Shown here in pieces: positions 21,475-30,798 of a DNA stretch of 64,000 nucleotides. The stretch is taken from assembly GCA_965263035.1 (NCBI GenBank), contig OZ253580.1, positions 288,001 to 352,000 of the forward strand, written 5' to 3'. Positions within the stretch are counted from its first letter, which is position 1; every line of letters starts with the position of its first letter. Under the pieces are notes generated by a model. It was not told the origin of the DNA. It made no database searches and saw nothing but the letters and a program-made list of their open reading frames with translations. The translations under genes were made by a program, and so were the position numbers. The stretch is from Acidobacteriota bacterium (GTDB taxonomy: Bacteria > Acidobacteriota > UBA6911 > RPQK01 > JAJDTT01).

Positions 21475-23805
21475 GTGCTCCTGGTGGGTGTGGTCCGCCT
21501 CCTGACCGAGGAGCAACAGCGTCCTCGACTCGCCGTTGATCGGAATCAGACCGTCGAGTTGGTGGGCCGGATCGATCACCCGCCTCTCGCGCTGAAGAGG
21601 GGGTTGTATCTGGAGATCACTCCCCTCTCGGTTCGGCAAGCGGGCCGCGATCTTTCCCTTCCCGGCAAGGTGGCTCTCTACGTCTACTCCCTTCCCGGAG
21701 GATCCGAGTCGGAGCCATTCCTCCGCTACGGCGAGAGACTGCGGGTCAGCGCCTTCCTGGAGGACCCGACCCACCACGGAATCCCGGGAGTGGACGACCT
21801 GCGCCTGCGCTTCTGGCATCGGGGAATCGTGGGAGTGGTGCGTCTCAAGTCGCACCTCCAGGTCCGGCGCCTGGGGCCGGATCCGGGATGGGATCCGCGA
21901 AGGCCGCTGTTCGCGTATGTCCGATCGTTCGAGCGCTTCTGCCGGCGGACCCTGAAGCCGGAGCAGGAGAATCTGGTCCTGAGCACCCTTCTGGGTCAGA
22001 CCCGCCGGCTCGAGGAGGTCGATCGCGTCAGCATCGAGAAGCTGGGAATCTTCCACCTCTTCGCCGTGTCCGGATTTCACGTCTCACTGGTCTACCTGTT
22101 TCTCCATCTCCTGTCCCGTCCCCTGGGGTTGGCCGGGCGCCTCCTGGCTCTGGCCGCCGTCTGGAGCTATGTCGTGGCCGTGGGAGCTCCCGTCTCCGCC
22201 ATCCGGGCCGGACTCATGGCCAGTTGGATCCATCTCCTCTTGTCGTTGGGCCTGAAGTCCCAGTTCCTCAACGGTCTCGGTGTGGCCGCCCTGATCACGT
22301 TGGGGTTCCGTCCCCAATCCCTTCATACGGCGAGCTTCCAATTCTCCTATCTGAGCCTCCTGGCCATTGGGCTCTGCGTCTTTCCGGTCCAGCCCTGGAT
22401 CCAGACCCTGCGGCGAACCGCATGCTCGGTTTTTTTGCCTCAAGTCCGGGTCGAGGCGACGACCCCGGGACGACTGGGACGGCGAATCCGATACCGTCTG
22501 GAGCATCTCCTGGAGCCGCTGCCCCGAACCCTGTCCCAATCCCTGGTTCCCGCGTTGAGCCGCGGCTCCGGATCGGTCCTTTCATTGGTCTCGTGCACGC
22601 TCTGCATCCAACTGTTCACGCTGCCTCTGGCCCTCTACTACTCCAACCTCTGGTGCTGGACCCATTGGCTGTCCAATCTGGTCCTGGTTCCCTGCTTCTC
22701 CCTCTTCCTGCTGGCCGCCTTTCTCCTGCTCATCACCTACTGGCTTCCCACCGGAGAGAGTCTCTCCGTGCTGGTGGGGACGGTGGCCGATCTGATCCGT
22801 ATGCTGATGGAACTGGTGCAGTGGATCGCCACCATTCAGTACGTGCCCCACCCCTCGACCGCCGAGCTGATCCTCTACTTCCTGCTTCTGGGACTGGGCC
22901 TGATCCTGGGCCGGAGGGCACTCCACCTCCTCTGGCTGGCGCCGGTGCTCCTCTTCCTGTCCGTCACCTGGGAGTCCGATTCGGCGACCGGACAGCTGGA
23001 GGTCACCCTGCTGGACGTGGGCCAGGGGGAGAGCATCCACATCTCCTATCCCGACGGATCCCACGCACTGGTGGATACCGGGGGCCGCTGGTCGTGGGAT
23101 GCGGAGCCCAGCCGCTTCGTCGGGCAAAGACTGGTGGGACGCTACCTCTGGCACCGGAGAATCCGGAACCTCTCCTACGTCCTCTTGACCCATCCCCATC
23201 AAGACCACGTGCAAGGTTACGAGTTCATCCGGCAGGCCTTCCCGGTGGGACAATTGATGGTTGCGGAACCTCCGGCCGGAGAGCTGCCGGAACAACGGCT
23301 GACCCTGAGCGACGGTCAGGCCTTTTTCCAGGGGGGAGTCGGGCATCGGGTGCTCCATCCACCCGGGAAGGGGGACCCGGTATGGAACTCCGCCGGCGCC
23401 AACAACAGGTCCGTGGTCCTGCTCCTCGTGTACGGGCGCTTCCGCATGCTGTTGACGGGAGACATCGACCGGAACATCGAGGGGAGATTGATCCCCAGGC
23501 TGGGACGGACGGCGGTCCTCAAGGTGGCACACCATGGGAGTGGCTCCAGCAGCTCTTCCCCGTTCCTTTCCCGGCTGCGGCCCCGGGTGGGCCTGATCTC
23601 GGCTGGACGCAAAAACCCCTTCGGTCATCCCTCCCAGGCCGCCCTGCACCGCCTCCGCCGGGCCGGAGCGCTCCCCCTCTCCACCAGCCAATGGGGGAGC
23701 CTGCGCGTGAAGACCGACGGACGAAGCTGGCGGGTCGCCCACTACCGGCGCCAGACCGATAGCTTTTGTCCCATCACCGGAGGATTTGTGGAAGAGGAGA
23801 ATTGA
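21475..23805 (+). CDS. comEC: DNA internalization competence protein ComEC/Rec2
   Basis: Competence domain (HLFAVSGFHV, SAIRAGLM, SFQFSY) plus MBL domain (DVGQGE, THPHQDH, LTGDI, VAHHGS, FGHP); start uncertain. Confidence 0.93.
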   Translation: MLLVGVVRLLTEEQQRPRLAVDRNQTVELVGRIDHPPLALKRGLYLEITPLSVRQAGRDLSLPGKVALYVYSLPGGSESEPFLRYGERLRVSAFLEDPTHHGIPGVDDLRLRFWHRGIVGVVRLKSHLQVRRLGPDPGWDPRRPLFAYVRSFERFCRRTLKPEQENLVLSTLLGQTRRLEEVDRVSIEKLGIFHLFAVSGFHVSLVYLFLHLLSRPLGLAGRLLALAAVWSYVVAVGAPVSAIRAGLMASWIHLLLSLGLKSQFLNGLGVAALITLGFRPQSLHTASFQFSYLSLLAIGLCVFPVQPWIQTLRRTACSVFLPQVRVEATTPGRLGRRIRYRLEHLLEPLPRTLSQSLVPALSRGSGSVLSLVSCTLCIQLFTLPLALYYSNLWCWTHWLSNLVLVPCFSLFLLAAFLLLITYWLPTGESLSVLVGTVADLIRMLMELVQWIATIQYVPHPSTAELILYFLLLGLGLILGRRALHLLWLAPVLLFLSVTWESDSATGQLEVTLLDVGQGESIHISYPDGSHALVDTGGRWSWDAEPSRFVGQRLVGRYLWHRRIRNLSYVLLTHPHQDHVQGYEFIRQAFPVGQLMVAEPPAGELPEQRLTLSDGQAFFQGGVGHRVLHPPGKGDPVWNSAGANNRSVVLLLVYGRFRMLLTGDIDRNIEGRLIPRLGRTAVLKVAHHGSGSSSSSPFLSRLRPRVGLISAGRKNPFGHPSQAALHRLRRAGALPLSTSQWGSLRVKTDGRSWRVAHYRRQTDSFCPITGGFVEEEN

Positions 23806-23810
23806 GGAGC

Positions 23811-23839
23811 GGAGCGGCGGCTTTCTTGCCGCCGATTGG
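23811..23839. repeat. REP subfamily B unit (3' exon side of the intron)
   Basis: ggagcggcggctttcttgccgccgattgg. Confidence 0.8.
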
Positions 23840-24469
23840 ATCGGGTCGAGTGCAGGGGATTGCGCCCCTGCACCCTCCCACACCACCGGACGTACCGTTT
23901 TCAGTATCCGGCGGTTGGAGTCACTCGAGGCTCTTTCGAGCCTCGTAAAGGGCCTTTCTTTCCGGTTTTCGCCGCCGCTGGGACTTGATCTCCGCCCTTC
24001 CGGCTTGACGGGTTCCACCCTTGGGCCTTCCGTGCCGGGTCCGAGGGGCCTCCCCCCGCCCCGTTTCCGGAGGTAGTTGCGATCCCGCTGACGAGTCCAC
24101 CATAGGGCCAGTCCGACTCCTTCGGTCCTTCGCTCCACCGGCATTATCCGGCTTCTTCGCTACTATGACCTCTGCTGACTTCTCAAAGGCTCTCACCCTT
24201 GAGATCTCCCCGAGTAAGGTGCTGCATCTTTCCCCCCGGGCCGCCCGGCTCTACCTGGTACGTCTGGATGGGGTTCGGGTTTCGCTGTTGCTCGCCAGCT
24301 CACCGCCCGCACCCGGCCTCGCTGCCGGTTCGTGTTCCTGCGGTCGTGGGTTTGCCTTCCGCTTCCTTCAGCTTCACCTCGCGGCTACGCCTTGCGGTTC
24401 GGCTAGGGTTGGTCCCATCACCTCCCTTGGGATCTTTCATCCCTTAGATACAGCCCATGTCGGGCGCAC
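23840..24469 (-). mobile_element. ORF-less class IIC group II intron (630 nt)
   Basis: Minus strand starts GTGCGCCCGACATGGG; has CCTTACTCGGGGAGATCT and AGAAGTCAGCAGAGGTCATAGTAG IIC motifs; DIV closed by GGAGTC/GACTCC; DV AACCGCCGGATACTGAAAACGGTACGTCCGGTGGT (CGC triad); DVI ends GACCCGAT; no RT ORF. Confidence 0.92.
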
Positions 24470-24530
24470 GAGCGGCGGCTTTCTTGCCGCCGATTCGGGG
24501 GGGCAGGGGGGGCTGGAAGCCCCCCCTCTA
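24470..24530. repeat. REP subfamily B unit (5' exon side of the intron)
   Basis: gagcggcggctttcttgccgccgatt followed by gggggggctggaagccccccc. Confidence 0.8.
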
Positions 24531-24597
24531 CACACCCCCCACACACCCTCAAATTCGTATACTAAGGCCTGATCGCGTTCACGAGACCCAAACCGCC

Positions 24598-25974
24598 GTG
24601 TCTCAGAAATCTCTCCTACAAAAAAACCACGCCCCATCCTACGCCACCTCTCGCAGGCTGGTGGACGCAGTCGGTTGTTGGTGCGCGTTAGGCTACGGGG
24701 CCCTCGCCTATCTGGCGCGACAGCCCGGTGAACCGGATCTGTCCATCTTCTTCGTCCTGGCGGCCTGGACCGGACTTCCGGTCTTCGGACTCTACTTCTA
24801 TTTTCGGCGGCGGGGCGAACCGTTTCCGATCGGGCGCATGTTCTTCTGGGCCGTGGTGTTCAGGGTCTTCGGCCTCGTCGGTGGACCCTTTTTCGAGGAC
24901 GACTTCTATCGTTACCTATGGGACGGCTACCGATTCGCCACGGCCGGAACGCCCTACGGCGCGGCGCCGGAGGCGTTCTTTCTGGACACGAACGTTCCGG
25001 CGGCGTTTCAACAATCGCTGGACAACATCAACAACCCCGACCTGCCGACCATCTACGGACCGACGACGCAGCTCCTCTTTCTGCTGGGCTACTGGCTGCA
25101 ACCGGGCAGCGTGACGGCACTGCAGTTGATCCTGATCCTGATCGACCTGGGTATGGTCTGGGTCCTGCTCCGTATGACGCCAGCCCGGAACGTCATGCTC
25201 TACGCGTGGTGTCCACTAGTGGTCAAGGAGATCGCCTTCACGGCCCATCCGGACGGCGCCGGAGCCTGCCTGCTCATGGCGGCGATCCTGCTCGTCCGAA
25301 ACCGGCGCCGGGGAAGCGCCGCCGTCTGCCTGGGGATGGCCGCCGGGGCCAAGATCTTCGCCTTGGTGCTGGCGCCGTTGGTGTTGCTGCGAGCTCGACC
25401 CCGCCACTGGTTGCTGTTCGGCGCTACACTCGCCGGGTTGTATGCTCCATTCGCCCTGATGGGCGGCACGAACCTCACCTCGTTGCAGGTTTTCGCACGG
25501 GAATGGGAGTTCAATTCCGCGGCCTTCGGCTTGCTGGGGACCCTGTTGCCACGGTTCGAGGCCCGGCTGATTCTGGGTCTGATGTTCGCCGTTTTCTGGC
25601 TGCGCCAGGCCGCCAGGTTTGCACGAGGCGGCCAACACGCCATCCCCCGGGGCGATTGGCTCTACGGAGGGTTGCTCGTGGTTTCCCCGGTGATCAATCC
25701 CTGGTATCTCCTCTGGTTGCTCCCGTTCGCGGCCATCTTCCCCAGCGCCTGGGCCTGGACGGCCTCGGGCGCCGTCCTGCTCAGCTACGTGATCGGAATC
25801 CACCTGGATGACTACACCTTGCAGGCCTACCAGCAGCCGACATGGATCCGATTCCTGGAATTCGGTTTGATCTTGCTGGCGCTGGCCGGCGACCTGATCC
25901 GGCGGCGGTCCACAAGCCTGGATGTCGGAACGGACCCCGGGCATAGCGCCCATATGCCATGTACGAGAACCTGA
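24598..25974 (+). CDS. Polytopic membrane glycosyltransferase (GT87/DUF2029-like, GT-C fold)
   Basis: EDDFYRYLWDG, INNPDLPTIYGP, YAWCPL..KE....H, WEFNS, PVINPWY; many TM helices; start inferred at GTG 24598. Confidence 0.75.
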   Translation: MSQKSLLQKNHAPSYATSRRLVDAVGCWCALGYGALAYLARQPGEPDLSIFFVLAAWTGLPVFGLYFYFRRRGEPFPIGRMFFWAVVFRVFGLVGGPFFEDDFYRYLWDGYRFATAGTPYGAAPEAFFLDTNVPAAFQQSLDNINNPDLPTIYGPTTQLLFLLGYWLQPGSVTALQLILILIDLGMVWVLLRMTPARNVMLYAWCPLVVKEIAFTAHPDGAGACLLMAAILLVRNRRRGSAAVCLGMAAGAKIFALVLAPLVLLRARPRHWLLFGATLAGLYAPFALMGGTNLTSLQVFAREWEFNSAAFGLLGTLLPRFEARLILGLMFAVFWLRQAARFARGGQHAIPRGDWLYGGLLVVSPVINPWYLLWLLPFAAIFPSAWAWTASGAVLLSYVIGIHLDDYTLQAYQQPTWIRFLEFGLILLALAGDLIRRRSTSLDVGTDPGHSAHMPCTRT

Positions 25975-26684
25975 CCGTCGGCGCCGTGATTCCGGCAAAC
26001 GACGAAGAACAAAACATCGGCGCCGTCGTCAGAGCACTGCTGGACCTGCGCACGGAGAGCGGGCTCCCACTGATCGACGATCTGGTGGTGTGCGACAACG
26101 CTTCGGCAGACGAAACGGCACAGCGGGCAAGGCAGGCCGGCGCGCGCGTGGCCAGGGAGCCGACGCCGGGTTACGGTAGGGCTTGCCTGACGGCCATCGC
26201 GGCCCTGCGACCGGTGGACGTGATCCTGTTCGTCGACGGCGATCAGGCCTTCGACGTCCGCCAGTCCTGTGATCTACTGGCGCCGATCGCAGCCGGCGCC
26301 GACCTGGTCATCGGGTCCCGGGTCCTGGGACGGATGGAGCCGGGCGCCCTGTCGGTGCCGCAGGTCGCCGGCAACCGCGTGGCGAGCCTGCTGATCCGGT
26401 TGCTGTGGAGAGCGAGGATCACCGATCTGGGTCCGTTCCGGGCCATTCGGGCAGACGCGCTGCGGCGCCTGGAGATGCGGGACACCGCCTACGGCTGGAC
26501 GGTGGAGATGCAGGTCAAGGCGATCCAGTCTAGAATGCGCATGGTCGAGACCCCGGTCGACACACGGCGCCGGCGCTTCGGAAAATCGAAGGTCGGGGGA
26601 ACCGTCAGAGGCGTCATCGGGGCCGGCGTCGGAATCCTTTCCATGATCTTCGGCCTTTGGATTCGCGGTTGGACGCCAGTTTAG
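25959..26684 (+). CDS. Glycosyltransferase family 2 (DPM-synthase-like)
   Basis: VIPANDEE, CDNASAD, GYGRAC, DGD, VIGSR, TDLGPFRAI. Confidence 0.9.
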   Translation: MYENLTVGAVIPANDEEQNIGAVVRALLDLRTESGLPLIDDLVVCDNASADETAQRARQAGARVAREPTPGYGRACLTAIAALRPVDVILFVDGDQAFDVRQSCDLLAPIAAGADLVIGSRVLGRMEPGALSVPQVAGNRVASLLIRLLWRARITDLGPFRAIRADALRRLEMRDTAYGWTVEMQVKAIQSRMRMVETPVDTRRRRFGKSKVGGTVRGVIGAGVGILSMIFGLWIRGWTPV

Positions 26685-26722
26685 ACGGCGCCCGTCCGCC
26701 ACGGCAAGGAGAACAAATCCCC

Positions 26723-27598
26723 ATGAGACGGATACGTTTACGGAACCCCATGGCTCCCTGGATGCTGTGCCGCCGCGTCGCCGCGGTTGTGATCGGTCTG
26801 ACCCTGATCAACGGCGCCGTGTCCGCGCAGAGCAAATCGAAGCCGATTCCGTTCTGGGACGCCAGTGACGAATCCAATACGTCCCAAATCGATCACAGTG
26901 CCTGGCAGGAGATCCTGGATACCTACCTCCAGACCCCCAGCTCGGGCATCAATCGATTCGACTACGCCGCCTTGAAGGCCAGCACCGAGGACACGGCCAA
27001 ACTGGCCGGATACCTGTCGTACCTGCAGGGCCTCGATCCCAGGACGAATTCCCGCCGGGAACAGAAGGCCTACTGGTTCAATCTCTACAATTCCCTGACC
27101 GTGCAGGTGGTGGTCGAAGCTTATCCCGTCGACTCGATCAAGAAGATCAGCAACAGCATGCTCGGCGGTTTGATTCCGGTCGGCCCCTGGGGCGACGTGC
27201 GGGCCATGGTCTGCGGCCAGGACCTGACCCTGGACAACATCGAACATGGCATCCTGCGGCCCATCTACCGCGATGCCCGGATTCACTATGGGGTGAACTG
27301 CGCTAGCCTCGGATGTCCGAATCTGATCGAGAAGGCCTTCAGCGCAGCAAATACGGAGACGTTGCTGGATGCTGGCGCCCGCGCCTATGTGAATCATTCC
27401 CGGGGCGTCGATTTCGTCGACGACGATTTCATCGTCATTTCCAGCATCTACACCTGGTTCTCGGAGGATTTCGGCGACACCGAGGAGAACGTGCTCAAAC
27501 ACTTGGCGCGTTATGCGGACGAGGAACTGGCGGAGCGCCTGAAGAAATTCGAGGGGGCAGTGGATTACGAATACGACTGGACGTTGAACCAGCCGTGA
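26723..27598 (+). CDS. DUF547 domain secreted protein
   Basis: AYWFNLYN, LTLDNIEHGILR, DARIHYGVNCASLGCP, SSIYTWF..DF, YEYDW.LN; AAGGAG RBS. Confidence 0.9.
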   Translation: MRRIRLRNPMAPWMLCRRVAAVVIGLTLINGAVSAQSKSKPIPFWDASDESNTSQIDHSAWQEILDTYLQTPSSGINRFDYAALKASTEDTAKLAGYLSYLQGLDPRTNSRREQKAYWFNLYNSLTVQVVVEAYPVDSIKKISNSMLGGLIPVGPWGDVRAMVCGQDLTLDNIEHGILRPIYRDARIHYGVNCASLGCPNLIEKAFSAANTETLLDAGARAYVNHSRGVDFVDDDFIVISSIYTWFSEDFGDTEENVLKHLARYADEELAERLKKFEGAVDYEYDWTLNQP

Positions 27599-27682
27599 AC
27601 GATGCCGGTCCGGGCCCAGGCAGCCCGCGGCGAAAGTCGTTACCACCTTCGTTGCGGGCCGCCGGCCCGATAGATCTTCGCT

Positions 27683-28558
27683 TTAGAACACTAGGTTGAG
27701 GGAGACGCCGATGACGTTGGAGACCGCCGTATTCCGCCCGGCGATCACCCTGCCGTACGAAGCTCCGATGTTGGCCCGGTCCGAAATGGCGATGCTCACC
27801 GAGGGACCGACAATATGGAAGTCTTCCTGCAGTTCGGGAAATACCATGGGAGAGAATCCCGGGCCTCCGATCTCTATACCGGACGTGGAATCCTCCATCT
27901 GATAGTTGAACGACACTCCGACCCGGCTTCCCACAACGACGCCGGCCGCCAGCCGGGCAAAGAGGTTGGGCGGGATGTCGTGGTCACTGGAGGTCCGGTT
28001 GCGGTAACCGAATTCTCCCGACACGGCAAAGCCGTTGTCGAGGTACTTGCCGATCAGCGCCGACACCTCGAAGCCGTTGCCCCCGTCTCCCAGAGAATTG
28101 ATGTAGCCGGTGTCATAGCCTCCGGCCACGATGACTCCGGCCCGAAAAGCGATGGTCGGCCCGTTGCTGACGACTTCGTCCAAGGCCCGCCACACCACGC
28201 CGGCATTGATGTCCGCCAAGCCGCTGATGCTGTCCTGGGACGGGGGCAGACCCGGCCCGGTGGCGTATGAGCTCTGGGCTCCGCCAAACCGGAAGTCCAG
28301 CGCCAAGGCATCGGTCAGACCATACGTTCCCTCCACCCAGACGGTCTTCTGGGAGAGATCGTGCCCCCCTCCGGGGGTCGGGCTCTTGGTAGTGCTGCGG
28401 AAGAACTCGGTGGCGTTCTGAGAAACGTAGGAAACTGTGAGAGAGCCTCCGCCGGGTGCGGGAAGCCAGGGCGAGCCGCCGGCGAACGCGGGTGACCCGT
28501 TGATTGCGATGGCCGCGGCAGCGGCCAAGACTAAGAGATGTTTTCGTTGCATTGCCAT
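27683..28558 (-). CDS. Probable outer-membrane beta-barrel protein
   Basis: Signal peptide, alternating amphipathic beta strands, C-terminal Phe. Confidence 0.7.
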   Translation of the reverse strand: MAMQRKHLLVLAAAAAIAINGSPAFAGGSPWLPAPGGGSLTVSYVSQNATEFFRSTTKSPTPGGGHDLSQKTVWVEGTYGLTDALALDFRFGGAQSSYATGPGLPPSQDSISGLADINAGVVWRALDEVVSNGPTIAFRAGVIVAGGYDTGYINSLGDGGNGFEVSALIGKYLDNGFAVSGEFGYRNRTSSDHDIPPNLFARLAAGVVVGSRVGVSFNYQMEDSTSGIEIGGPGFSPMVFPELQEDFHIVGPSVSIAISDRANIGASYGRVIAGRNTAVSNVIGVSLNLVF

Positions 28559-28611
28559 GTTCCTTGGTTAGGCTCGTTGATCGGAGCGGGTCAGCGTCGA
28601 GCTCGATGCCG

Positions 28612-28983
28612 TCACAGTTTGTAACGGCGCGTCAGGTAGTAGTGGACGAGTTCCTGTTCATCCACGCCGTCATCACACCCGACGGCCTCGAAACCCGGAC
28701 ACAGCACTTGGATGTTCCCATCGTCCGGCGTACCGGGCTTGTTCGCGGAGTCGCGGGCCTCGAAGCTGTTCTTCAAGTTCTGTGCGCGGGCCCGGTCGAG
28801 CTCCCCCTTCTGCAGCGGGCAGGACTTGCACGCCAACTTCTTGTAGGTGAGGGCCTTGCCCTTCGTGTATGCATCTCTGGGATTGATGCCCCGGCCAGCC
28901 GTAATGGAGCCGGACGCGGACAATGTGGCCGGCGCCAGCACACCAACCATGGCCACGACCAGTAAGCCGATCATCTTTTTCAT
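28612..28983 (-). CDS. Small secreted Cys-containing hypothetical protein
   Basis: GAGGAG RBS, signal peptide MKKMIGLLVV..., CKSC plus two more Cys. Confidence 0.7.
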   Translation of the reverse strand: MKKMIGLLVVAMVGVLAPATLSASGSITAGRGINPRDAYTKGKALTYKKLACKSCPLQKGELDRARAQNLKNSFEARDSANKPGTPDDGNIQVLCPGFEAVGCDDGVDEQELVHYYLTRRYKL

Positions 28984-29229
28984 CTGGTTTCTCCTCAATA
29001 AAGCGTCTTGGCCGATGGGGACCGCGACTCGTTTCTCAGCCTCGGAAACAAGTGATTTCGCATCGGCTCCTCCCCACCCTGCCGATGCGATATCAGTTTT
29101 TCAGATACTCATCGTAAACGATTATCGGTGTCGGTAATTGAAATATGTGAAACATAATCACGTGACAACACGATCAATCACCGGAATGGAGACCCGGTCG
29201 AATGTTTTGGCGACTATCGCAGTGGACCG

Positions 29230-29922
29230 TTACGGTGTTTCGCCCAATTGCATGGCGAGGAGGCCGAATTCGGGGATCCTTGCGGACTCTCTCAAATTGC
29301 GATGGAGGCAATTCTCCTCCATGCGTCGGAACAACTCCCGCGAGAGGTGCCTCTTGTAAATCTTCATCTCCTTCCTGACTTCGCTCCGGAGGCTCCGCAG
29401 CTGTTTCCGGTCCATCCCATCCCGGAGGACCTCCGCAACCAGGACCCCGATGTGGTTCAGATCCTGGTCGATCTGTTGCCCGTCGAGTTGTTCCCGAGCA
29501 CTGATTTCCTGCCTCAGGGACGACAACAGGCTCAAGGGCGCGTCGAAGTCTTCGGGACGTTCGCGGAGCGACGCCGTCAGTCGATCCACATGTTCGAGAA
29601 CGAGGGCGCCGTGCACTCCCCTGCCCTGCAAGTCATCCGGTTCACCCTCTTCATCTCCCGAGCCCACCATGGCCCGTTGATGCTCCTCGAAAGCCTGGGT
29701 CACGGCGGGATGGCAGTAGGAGAGACTTCTGGGCGAGGTCCTCCGCGACCGGGCGGTCTCGAAACTGCGGTCGATCCCTCGAATCACCACGTGTATGGGA
29801 ATCCCGCTGTTCTTCCACAATTCGATCAGACACCAATCCAGAGGGGGAACCAGCAGGTGCTTCTGCCGTCTCCGGATGAAGTGTTCCTCGACTTCCGTGA
29901 AGTAGTTGAAATAGTTATCCAA
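29230..29922 (-). CDS. Conserved hypothetical protein (DnaD-like helical N-terminus possible)
   Basis: NYFNYFTEVEEHF..RR...LDW.LIE.W...GIP...V.RGID..F; co-oriented after coaX. Confidence 0.65.
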   Translation of the reverse strand: MDNYFNYFTEVEEHFIRRRQKHLLVPPLDWCLIELWKNSGIPIHVVIRGIDRSFETARSRRTSPRSLSYCHPAVTQAFEEHQRAMVGSGDEEGEPDDLQGRGVHGALVLEHVDRLTASLRERPEDFDAPLSLLSSLRQEISAREQLDGQQIDQDLNHIGVLVAEVLRDGMDRKQLRSLRSEVRKEMKIYKRHLSRELFRRMEENCLHRNLRESARIPEFGLLAMQLGETP

Positions 29923-29976
29923 GACAGCCCTGCCGACGGTCCAGCGACCGCAGCCATTGACGGCGGCTCACCATTC

Positions 29977-30750
29977 TCAACCCGGGCTTCCGGACATGCG
30001 CTCGTGATAGATCCGGAGTCCGTACAAGGTCAGATTCTCCTCGATCAGGTCGATCCCCTCCGAGGCGCCGGCGATGAGGGGGGCCAGCCCTCCGGTAGCC
30101 ACGGTTCGGGCGCCAACCAACTCTTCCTTCATCCGTTTCAGGATTCCTTCCACCAGTCCCACGTAGCCATGGAAGAGGCCCGACTGGATGCTGCCGCTGG
30201 TGGAGGTTCCCACGACCTGCCCGGGGCGGGCAATCTCGATGCGCGGGAGCTTGGCCGTCCGGGCGAAGAGCGCTTCGGCCGAGATTCCGATCCCGGCGGC
30301 GATGACCCCGCCCACGTATTCCCCCCGGTCCGAGATGGCGTCGAAGGTGGTGGCGGTCCCGAAGTCGACGGCGATGGCCGGAGCGCCGACCAGATCCAGC
30401 GTGGCCAGCGAGTTGGCCACTCGATCGGCGCCCACGTCGGACTTTGGCTGATAACGGATGGGCAACAGGGATTGGCCCACGGGATCCACCATCAGGGGTT
30501 CACGGCCAATGTAACGGAGAGACAATTCCTTGAAACAGTCATTCAGCGGCGGAACCACACTGCAGACGGTGATGTCCTCCACCCGGTCCATCTGGACGCC
30601 CGCCATGCGGAAGAGATGGTCGCAGAGGGAGGCGTACTCGTCGACGGTCCGGTTCCTGCGGGTGGAGATCCGCCAGGAATGCTCCAGCGTCGTCCCGTGG
30701 AAGATTCCCAGGACGATGTTGGTGTTCCCGATGTCGATGACCAGCAACAT
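29977..30750 (-). CDS. coaX: Type III pantothenate kinase
   Basis: IDIGNTN, SVVP, GADR, DFGTATT, ATGG. Confidence 0.95.
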   Translation of the reverse strand: MLLVIDIGNTNIVLGIFHGTTLEHSWRISTRRNRTVDEYASLCDHLFRMAGVQMDRVEDITVCSVVPPLNDCFKELSLRYIGREPLMVDPVGQSLLPIRYQPKSDVGADRVANSLATLDLVGAPAIAVDFGTATTFDAISDRGEYVGGVIAAGIGISAEALFARTAKLPRIEIARPGQVVGTSTSGSIQSGLFHGYVGLVEGILKRMKEELVGARTVATGGLAPLIAGASEGIDLIEENLTLYGLRIYHERMSGSPG

Positions 30751-30798
30751 GGAGGGGGTTCCGTGGGTCGGGCCGGACCGGCTGACCGGCCACTCCCG

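Noticed and set aside
24457-24597. ORF-track N-terminal extension of the GT87-like gene, and small ORFs inside 23786-24637
   Set aside because: They translate intron and REP sequence; no RT or other motifs.
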